From contig NC_058368.1 of the NCBI RefSeq assembly GCF_018350175.1, forward strand, positions 80,602,001 through 80,666,000: DNA of 64,000 nt, read 5' to 3'. The notes beneath the pieces were generated by a model, which worked only from the letters and a program-made list of their open reading frames with translations, had not been told where the DNA came from and searched no databases. Origin of the DNA: Felis catus. Taxonomy: Eukaryota. Below are positions 1-8,530 of this stretch, in pieces (within the stretch, counting starts at the first letter, position 1; the number at the start of each line of letters is the position of its first letter). Made by a program: the position numbers and the translations under genes.

Positions 1-779
1 ATACGGTTCAGATTTTTCCCTCGAAGTGCTTGAGGGTTTTGTGCTCTGTGTACCATGAGGGGTTTGCACTTAAAGTCACCCTTGGCATTGGCACATAATA
101 GCAAGGTTGCACGGTCTTTGAATGATTTAAAGCCAGGAGCCTTGGAGGCCATTTGCATTATATAGGTTCGTCTGCCAACATTCTTGTAAAACAAGCCTGT
201 CTCATCAGCGTTGAAAACCTGCTCTTCCATATAACCCTTTTCATGTATAATGCTTAGCAGATACTTTTTAAATTCTTCTGCAGCTTCCTCATCTGCAGGA
301 CCTGCCTTCTGTCCAAGTTTAACGTTTTTCATGTGGTATCGCCTTTTGAAACGTGCAAGCCAGCCTGCACTAGCTGAGAAGGGTTTAACCTTTTCCTGAC
401 CCTGGGTAACATGACTGTAAATTTCCTTGGCTTTCAGCCTCACAACAACACTGTCTACCATGCTCTTTTTATTGGTTGTCATCTCCTGAATCCACAAATT
501 TAGCTGCTTTTCCATCTTTTCCATAGCCGCATCACGCACTATAGATGTTACTTTAGCACTTTCTGGAGCAGCCTCACGTACAGATCGGCGAATATCGTCT
601 TCCTTTTTCTGGATGTACCGTATTGTTGATTCATTAACGTTGAACTCACGGCCAACAGCACTGTAACTCAGGCCTGAACGAAGCTTATCTAACACACGTA
701 TTTTCTCTGTAAGGCACATCACAGCCTTCTTGCGCTTAGGAACATTAGACAGTGCTTTAGCGCTACGCTTGGGGGCCAT
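1..779 (-). CDS. Uninterrupted pogo/Tigger-family transposase ORF (TIGD/CENP-B-like), 5' part only; runs off the window start
   Basis: Manual translation of the reverse strand from ATG 779-777: MAPKRSAKALSNVPKRKKAVMCLTEKIRVLDKLRSGLSYSAVGREFNVNESTIRYIQKKEDDIRRSVREAAPESAKVTSIVRDAAMEKMEKQLNLWIQEMTTNKKSMVDSVVVRLKAKEIYSHVTQGQEKVKPFSASAGWLARFKRRYHMKNVKLGQKAGPADEEAAEEFKKYLLSIIHEKGYMEEQVFNADETGLFYKNVGRRTYIMQMASKAPGFKSFKDRATLLLCANAKGDFKCKPLMVHRAQNPQALRGKNLNR... (259 codons, no stop, no frameshift). Contains a psq-type HTH, a CENP-B-type HTH (FSASAGWLARFKRR), the first catalytic Asp motif VFNADETG (D192, nt 206-204) and KDRxTLLLxANAxGDFK. An in-frame TAA (782-780) lies directly before the ATG. Family identity is secure; expression is unproven. 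Confidence 0.8.
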   Translation of the reverse strand, partial: MAPKRSAKALSNVPKRKKAVMCLTEKIRVLDKLRSGLSYSAVGREFNVNESTIRYIQKKEDDIRRSVREAAPESAKVTSIVRDAAMEKMEKQLNLWIQEMTTNKKSMVDSVVVRLKAKEIYSHVTQGQEKVKPFSASAGWLARFKRRYHMKNVKLGQKAGPADEEAAEEFKKYLLSIIHEKGYMEEQVFNADETGLFYKNVGRRTYIMQMASKAPGFKSFKDRATLLLCANAKGDFKCKPLMVHRAQNPQALRGKNLNR

Positions 780-1038
780 TTAAAATAGCAAAGTCACCAA
801 GAAGAACCACAAAAATGTGAAAAACGTGATGCCAGTAGAGAGTGAAAAGGACATCTGCTTACCTTAGGAGCTGAAGCAAGAGGGCAGAGCACAGTCTTGT
901 TCAAGTTTAGCTGGGAATGTGTGTCATGTCTGTGAATGACTGGGAAAGTGCCACCAGTATTGATTTTGGGGTTACAAACAAATTTTATCAAGTAGGTGAA
1001 TTTGCACAGAATCCGTGAATGAATGAGGACGTGGACTG
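1..1038 (-). mobile_element. Tigger (TcMar-Tigger/pogo) DNA transposon, left end; 5' non-coding part resembles MER82-type elements
   Basis: Minus strand reads TA|CAGTCCACGTCCTCATTCATTCACGGATTCTGTGCAAATTCACCTACTTGATAAAATTTGTTTGTAACCCCAAAATCAATAC...: a TA target site at 1040-1039, then a CAGT-starting TIR-like end, leading into the transposase ORF. Subfamily name is from memory. Confidence 0.85.
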
Positions 1039-2497
1039 TATTTGTATGGGTCTCTTGCCAAAACAAAAAAACCCAACCAAACAAAAACAGTGATCAGTAA
1101 AAATGGTTTAGTATAAAAATGTCTTACTTTAGCATACTGTTTTGTTGCAGGAAGTGGAATGGAAAGACGCTGAAGGAGAACAGAATGTAAAATGTCTGAC
1201 TTTTAAACAAGGAATTTGTTCATTAATTTTTTAAGATGGAGAATGGCTATTTCTACTGTTTTTTGAGCTACTGGACATAATTTTAAAGCATATTTAACAG
1301 TTTCAAAATGTCCTCAAGACATCAGAAATTAAAGCTTTGCAACTACTTAAAATTATTAAGCATGCATATTTGGTGCATACTTTTTCAAAATTCTTTTATG
1401 GAGAGGAGCAAATGGACCAGGAAGCAGCTTTGGTTTATCTGTTCACAGAAAAAAAAAAAAAATCCGTTCAATTTGGAGGAAATATGTTGGCAATTTCTTC
1501 TAAGGATTTTTAAATTGTAGGAAAAAAAGGGTCTGATTTTTGCCCTCTTTGTACTTCTTAACACCCTTGTTTTTCGTTTTGATTTATAACTTTAAAAGAC
1601 CCAAGCTTGAAATGAAACCAGAGTATTCCTGTAAGGCCTGATGGAATGCTGTGATATCCCCATACAAGGACAAAAGTGCCCTGAATGTCCTTAGATGCTA
1701 GAGTTCTGGATGATGCTGTAGTGTAGCTCTCAAAACTTAGTCTTCTTATGTGTCAGAACGACAAAGGGCCCTTCTCATGTCTCCGGCTTCTCTCTTGATT
1801 GCTCTCGGTTTTCTTGACTTTTCTGGTCCGGGAGGCTGTCAGTAACTCCTCACAGGTGTGGCAGGTGGCCCTCAAAGTTCTCTCTTGGCAGCCTGCACCG
1901 GGCCCTCCTCGACGCTCTCCGCCCGTGGTAGAGGCCGCAGACAACTGCTTCCTAGCTGACTTGCTCACTGATATGTAACTGGCTATTCTGGTTAATCATT
2001 AATGAAGCACGTGGTGTGTATTCGGGAAGGAAAACATTGCACTTCAATCCCAACATGCATAATTTATGTTGCCAATTATTCTAAATCCTCGTAATAGAAT
2101 ACCGGTTCCACTCTCCCAAGCCGGTGGCTGGGAAGAACTGAAGATAGGGTTCCCTCCAGCCCCTTCAGGGTTGCTCACCGCTGAGGCCCTGCTCTCCGGG
2201 ACCCTCTGGGCAGGGCGGGCTGTGTCCGCTGGGGCCAGGCGAGGATGAGGGCCAAGTGCCGGGAGGAGTCTGCGCGTGGGCTGGGTCAGGTGGGCCGTGT
2301 CAGAGGATGAGAACCACGCGCTGGGTGGAGGAGGCCGCGCGTGGGACCAGGTGCGCAGGTGCGCCCCGTGTCGGAGGACAAGGACCTGGTGCTCGGCGCG
2401 GGGGAGGATGGAGGAGGAGGAGGTGGAGCCCGAGACTGAGACCGCGGGTGGGGCCAGGTGCGCCGCGTCCGAGGACAAGGACAAAGTGCTGTGGGGG

Positions 2498-2527
2498 GGA
2501 GGAGGAGGAGGAGGAGGAGGAGGAGGA
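2498..2527 (+). repeat. (GGA)10 microsatellite within the CpG island
   Basis: Direct reading: a G run followed by ten GGA units. Confidence 0.95.
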
Positions 2528-2654
2528 GGCGGCCGTGGGTGGGGCCAAGTGCAGGGGACAGGCGGCCGCGCGTGGGGCCAGGTGCACCGCGTCTGCCGGC
2601 GCGAGGGCGAGGCCGGAAAAGGCGGTGCGCTGGCCGGCCGGGGCGCGGTCTGAA

Positions 2655-2668
2655 TACGTCACTTCCGG
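2655..2668. promoter_or_regulatory. Overlapping CRE/ETS composite motif
   Basis: TACGTCACTTCCGG (reverse complement CCGGAAGTGACGTA), close to the composite CCGGAAGTGACGTCA motif bound by GABPA and CREB1. Confidence 0.7.
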
Positions 2669-2669
2669 T

Positions 2670-2733
2670 GGCGGCCCACTTCCTGGAGAGGGCTGGGGCC
2701 TGAGATTGGTGCAGCCCAGAGGAAGGAAAGACG
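2670..2733 (+). other. ARHGEF7: Candidate non-coding alternative first exon of ARHGEF7 (short isoform); start approximate
   Basis: Strong donor ACG|GTGAGC (GT at 2734-2735) just downstream of the ETS/CRE motif and 170 nt upstream of the exon 2 acceptor; no ATG in the segment. Confidence 0.55.
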
Positions 2734-2903
2734 GTGAGCGGCGGCGGCGGCCCAGCGGGCGGGCGTCAGGGGCGGCCGGGGTCCCTCCGGGCCGCCGGGG
2801 CCGCCCGTCCGCGTCCTCTCGCCCGGGGCCGCTTGCCGGCGCCGCCCTGGGTCGCGTCCGCGGCCTCCGCGCCGCCGCTCAGCGCCTGTGCTCTGTGTTG
2901 CAG

Positions 2904-2990
2904 GTTTACCCGGAGCCCCGGAGCGAGAGCGAGTGCCTGAGCAATATCCGCGAGTTCCTGCGAGGCTGCGGGGCCTCCCTGCGGCTGGAG
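2904..2990 (+). CDS. ARHGEF7: ARHGEF7 exon 2 (CH domain): VYPEPRSESECLSNIREFLRGCGASLRLE
   Basis: Acceptor ctctgtgttgcag|GTT, donor GAG|gtgagc; 87 nt, phase 0/0; peptide matches the beta-PIX calponin-homology region. Confidence 0.97.
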
Positions 2991-4785
2991 GTGAGCGGGC
3001 GCGGGGCGCCAGGAGGGGGGCGGGCCGGGCTGGCGGCGCCCGGAGGCCCGGGGGAAGGGAGCGAGCGCGGTCGCGGGGCGGGGAGGGGCCGCTGCGTGCA
3101 GCCCCGAACTGGGCTGTCGTCGCTCTGAAGAAGAGCCTCAGGAGCTCGTGGGTAGGTGTCACGCTTTTGCGAGAACCGTTCCTAAGGGGTGCGGTCGATT
3201 CCTTGTTCCCTGCCTTAGCCTGTGCTTTTAGGGGTTCCCCGGGGGACCCGCATTCAGGGCTGGGTCAGCCCCTTAGAATTTCTAGCAGGTAAGCGGGCAA
3301 AACCGGGCACAAATGAAAGGACCCCGAGCCCTCCCAGCCTCACGCCTTTATCTGCTTTTTTTTCCTACCGCCAGAAGGTAGGCGGTGTTTAGGTTGGAGG
3401 TAAACCTACGTCTTGGGGAGTGTACCCGGCGGGGTGTGTCTGCTGTGTAAGGTTTTGTCACTGTTCTAAATACGGTCTTTCAGCGGCAGTTCTCTGGAAA
3501 CCTCCTTTACAGCTCATTTTACCGTATGATTTTTCCTAACCTTGGGGTAGTGCTTTTGATCCGGAAACCTAGACATTGTTTCATTTGGGAACTCCAGCTC
3601 GAAGTGGTTGTGGTCACGTCTGTGCTTCCATCGTTTCCTCCTGCTGCTTTACCACCTGTTTCCTTATCAGAGCTGAGCTGAGTTTGAGCAGGCTGGCGGA
3701 GAAGAGTATATGAAGGCATCTCCGGTGGAACCTGTTGTGTAAGAGGATTCCATAAAGTTTTCCCCTCCTAGCACAGTCTTAGTGTGGGTTTCTTGGGAGA
3801 AATCTAGAAGTCCAGTCGGTGAGGGCAAGTTTCATGGCAACTCATTTGTTGAAGTTACACTGGCATCAAGAAACCAAAATCCTGTCCTGCGTGATTGTGA
3901 ACATTAAGGTATCTCTTTTGTAGTATTTGAGGTCTGCGAGGAAGTCCCTTACAGGTACCTGAAAGGCTTAGTAGAGATCCCGGAGACCCTAGGGCTGTTT
4001 AGGAGGGGGCAACATTTCAGAAAGGCTTTGTCATCTTGTTCTGGACTCCCCTATTGGGCTGTGAGAATATGTGTTCCTGGTAGCAACGTTTGCTTTTCCT
4101 TGACCTTTGTTGTGAGACTATTTTCATCAAACTGAGTTTTGGTTGTGATAGTAAATTTGAAATTCAGTTTGCACATTAAATTTACAACCTCACAACTTCA
4201 GTGTTCAGTGTAGGACTCTGTAAGAAAGTATTAAAGTGGAGTCTTAAAAACCCTTTACCTTTCGCTCTCCAGAGGCTGCTGTTGAAATTTCATATCCTGT
4301 CTATCTTTATAACGAAGAGTTTAATGATGCTGTAGGAGAGGTCACTAACTTATCCCAAGCATCTAGAACAGTTCTTGGAGTTATAGTAGGCCTTCAATAA
4401 ATCTGCAGTTGATAGCAAATAATTGATTTTTTTGTTTATAAGGAAACTTGTGGCTAGTTTTTAAAGAGTTTTAAATTTTAAATTCGGTAAATAAATTTGA
4501 GAGGCATGTTTTGTTAGCATACTTTCAGTTTCCGTAGTAAGTCACACTTCAAACTCCTAATTGCCTAGGATAATGAAAATAACAAAACACATCAAAACTC
4601 TCACATTGTTGAGTCACTCTGGTTTTTGTTTTGTTGTAGGAAGTTACCCTGAAAAATGAGTTCTGTATGGTGTGAATCCTACTTGGGCTTCCAGACTTGT
4701 TCTGATCTGTGGTGTGAAGGTACTGGCCTATTCCCTGAAAGGTGGCCTTGCGTGCGGAGCACATGCAGCAGTTTCCCAGGGTTTT

Positions 4786-5006
4786 GTTTTGTTTTTAATT
4801 TTTAATTTTTTTTTTAACCTTTTTATTTCTGAGACAGAGAGCATGAACAGGGGAGGGTCAGAGAGAGGGAGACACAGAATCTGAAACAGGCTCCAGGCTC
4901 TGAGCTGTCAGCACAGAGTCCGACGTGGGGCTTAAACTCATGGACCGCGAGATCATGACCTGAGCCAAAGTCGGACGCTTAACCGACTGAGCCACCCAGG
5001 CACCCC
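4786..5006 (-). mobile_element. Feline CAN-SINE (SINEC_Fc-like)
   Basis: Reverse complement of GGGGTGCCTGGGTGGCTCAGTCGGTTAAGCGTCCGAC... with CT-rich part and A-tail; TSD tcccagggtttt at 4774-4785 and 5007-5018. Confidence 0.95.
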
Positions 5007-8000
5007 TCCCAGGGTTTTTAAAGAGAGATACATAGAAAGGGAATGGGAAGGGAAGGACCTTGCACTTCTGAAACGTGTTCTTGGCTTGACATGTTTCATT
5101 TTTACGACCTTCTGAATGATGAGAGAAACTGTTGGAAATTACAAACACAGACCCTGAAACTAATCGCTTGAACTCCAGGTTACCTTCTGTTCTGGTGTCT
5201 GTCAAGGTGCCTTTTTCCAAGAGTTGAGACCGAAGTGTGTTTGTAACAGATTATTCTGGGAATGTTTTACTAGCGTCTTAAGCTATGCCAGGATTTCTTC
5301 CAGGAGCAGAGGAACCAAGCGCTGTGGTTACTGTATCCGTCGTTTTGGTCCGCATCTTAATTAGCTGCAGAAAATGAGGTATTTCCCCCAGTGGGTGGTT
5401 CTGATCATGAAAAGAGTTTTAAGTTTAAAGGAAGTTTGTAAATTTTGTATTTATTAAAGTTTGAGAGACCATTTACGTTTTAAGTTGGAAAACATTTTTT
5501 AAATTTGGCGGGGGGGGGGGGGGCATAAAACCTGTAGGAAAACCACATATATGGCTTTGAACTTTTCCTATTTCTCACTTTTTGCTGCCTATCATGCATC
5601 TTATTTGAATCTTTCATATCCTGGAATAGTGTGTAGTTTGATAAGAATTCACGTTTTTTTTTTTTCCATGTTTCTAATAGTGTAGTAAAGTAAGATCTGA
5701 TGAGAGCTGACCTCATTTAGAACTATGGGTTATTACAGTTGACAATTCTCTTAAACTTCCCGACTGAGGAGCTGGTACTGTGGTCCAGTTACCTTGGAGA
5801 ATGTGTGGAGAAACCCTGGTTTGCCTGGTATATGTGGCAGGGACAGAATTGTCCTAAGTACATGCCACCTGGGTGAGGGAGAGAATCTTGCTCATGCTAA
5901 GTGCTGCCTTGTATAGTTTTCCCCATTCTCCATTTGGTCTCTGGTTTCAGTTCTCAATCACGTCTTTATTGGTAACATTTTCTAAAGGGCTTTGACATGT
6001 TACTTATTTCGCTCCTCCGTCTTGAGTTCTCACAGCCCTGGTCTGGCAGTGAGCAGGCAGAGCGTAACCTCTCCGTGTTCTGCATTGGCCACCAACTGCT
6101 GTTGGGGCCGTGCATGTGTGTTCCCTGATCGTCCAATGGGGCGCTGCTAGGGCAACGGTGTAGGGGCTTTTAAATGCCGTGAACACCTGCCAGGTTGTCT
6201 CCGGAGACGTTTTTCTCCCTTTGCCTTTCCAGCAGCAACAGGCAGGCACTACTTGTTCCTGTTGGGTGTTTTCTTGATCTCTGGGGGATGGAAGTCCCTT
6301 GGGCCAAATGTTTTGGCTTTTCTCTTTTGTGTCCTCCTCGGTGTGCCTATTTCTGGGTAGATGGTGAAGCAGATGTGGGGTGCTGCAGATTCCCCGCACT
6401 GCGCTTGCATGAGAAGGACAGGGCGACAAAGAAGGCTGCTGGAAGAGGCAACCGAAGTCGCGAACCTCCGAGCGTTTCCTCCTAGCTTGTCACTCACCTC
6501 TGCCACTTTGCTTTGTGCCAGTGGGAGGGGCTGCCCTGCGCAGGCAGGTGTTCTGGCTGCAGGCACGTCACAGGCCTGTTGCTGACGGTGCCCATCGCCC
6601 TCTGTGTGAGGGGGGAGGCTTTCCTTTGCTCTGATGTCCAGAGAATGAGGAGGCCTTTGGATGGCCTCTCTAGCATTGGAATCGGCCGGACTGATGGAGT
6701 TAGGAGGTTAGCGGGGAGGTTTTGGAAAACATCGCCCTGCGTGTTTCCAAAAACACTTTTGGCTGTATTTTTGAAGGATAGGTTCTTCTGTTATACTACC
6801 ACGTATAGTATTTGATGCTCTTTGAGATTTTTAATCAAGATTATGATTGAAATTTTGTCCAAAAGAATATTTAAAAATACTACTAAAGTTAAAATTGGCT
6901 TACTTGGAAAGTTAAAACTTGTTGACAAAGGCTTCAGAATTAGAGCAAAGTCCAAAGTGTATTTCTAGTCCTTTCCTAGGGAGGGATGCCCCCCAAGGGT
7001 TACCTTTGTCTTAGATCTGGGCAGCTGGGTGGTTGAGCCTCACTACAACTGTGTACGAAGGTGTAGTTGAGGTCACACAGCAGGGTGTTTTCCTTCGTCC
7101 TCGTCACGGTTGGCACGGTAGTGAGCTGGAAATGGCTGGTGTCATGACCTAGTACTTGACTGGTTTTATTGAAGAAACTCTTGAAGTTCATTCATCGTGC
7201 CTTTGTCAGAACTTGCCTTTGAGGAAGTTGAGTTAAATTTGGGAGATGATTATCCTGTGAACATCTGGTGGGTACTAAAAGCAAAGAAAAATTCTCAGAT
7301 GTTATAGCTATCTTTACCTTTTCCTGGCAAAAAGTGTCAAAGTTGACCCTCTGTCTTCAGTATTTGTGTCTTGCCAAGGTGTCTTGTAGGGTGAACAATT
7401 AGTCCCTGTGCACCCAGGTTGATTTTCCAGTGTAGAAAACCGGTTAGGCCTTCCCCCAACTTGAGATCTGTGGGGTGGCTGTCGCATAGATGGTGCAGTC
7501 CTGCACATGCAGTGTGAACCTCCTTTGTAGTTAAAACTGCAGTAACTACATGAAGTAAAAAACGTGAAGCTCGGTTTAATAAGCTTTTTAACCTAGAGTA
7601 TTCCTAATGTCTCAACATCTGCTTGTTGAGATAATGTTTTTTGCACATCAGGTCTTTATAGTTTGGTTTGTATTTGGCACAAGCTCCTCCCATTCTGGTT
7701 CTGTCACATTTCAGGGTCTCAGCAGCCCATGTGGGGGCTGGTCTGTGTTGGATGATGTCAGTCTACATTAAGAGGCTGTCATCTTTGAAATGAAGGGGAC
7801 TGACATTTGTTGAATACAAGTAACGTGCCCGTGCATTTTGTATGTACTGTGTACTTGTGACTATCCCGCAGAGGGGCCGATAGACCTGGGGTGGCGGGCG
7901 GGTCTTGGGGCCCGGCCCGACAGGTGAACGGGCAGGATTTGTACTCCACGCTGGCAGTTCCACAGAGCTCCTGTGAGCATGCTGAGGCCTGGAGTGCAAG

Positions 8001-8316
8001 TTAAGCTGTGGGATGATGCGGACGTGACACTGTCCAACTGACTCGTGGCAGGGGCCACAGGTTAGTCCTCCGAGTTGAGCTGGTGGCGGGGCTGTGCACC
8101 CTGAGGTCTCCTAGGGCTCTGGACTTGGCTTAATGCTCTGCTGGCACCGGCTGAAATTCTGAGGAACTTTGAATCAGGAGGGCCGCATTCTGTTAGTGCT
8201 GGACCGTAGGGTTGGATGGCTGGTCCGCCCTGGCGGTGGCTCTGGGAGGCCTGCAGCAGACAGGAGCAAGCAGCTCCAGACCCTGTGGTAAAACGTGTAC
8301 TAACCCGCTAGATCTT

Positions 8317-8530
8317 TCTTTTGTGTGTGTGTTTATTTTTAAGAGGGGGACAGAGCACAAGCAGGGGAGGGGTAGAGAGAGAGAGAGAGATACAGAAATC
8401 TGAAGCAGGCTCCAGGTTCCCAGCTGTCGGCACAGAGCCCAGTGTGGGGCTTGAACTCAAGAACTGTAAGATCATGATCTGAGCCAAAATCAAGTCCGAC
8501 ATTTAACCGACTGAGCCCCCCGGGCGCCCC
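8317..8530 (-). mobile_element. Feline CAN-SINE
   Basis: SINEC body on the minus strand (…ctgagccccccgggcgcccc); degenerate TSD. Confidence 0.9.

Larger units (their letters stand above)
2190..3330. promoter_or_regulatory. CpG island / internal (probably bidirectional) promoter around ARHGEF7 exon 2
   Basis: Very GC- and CpG-rich stretch between AT-rich flanks. Contains GC boxes, ETS sites (CACTTCCGG 2660-2668 and a nearby CACTTCCTGG at ~2677), a CRE half site and ATTGG (2705-2709). Confidence 0.9.

Noticed and set aside
2044..3292. Long overlapping ORFs in the CpG island (e.g. 2256-3128, 290 aa; poly-E, poly-G and poly-R readings)
   Set aside because: Expected from stop-poor GC-rich DNA and the GGA repeat. 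Only 2904-2990 has splice signals and a recognisable peptide.
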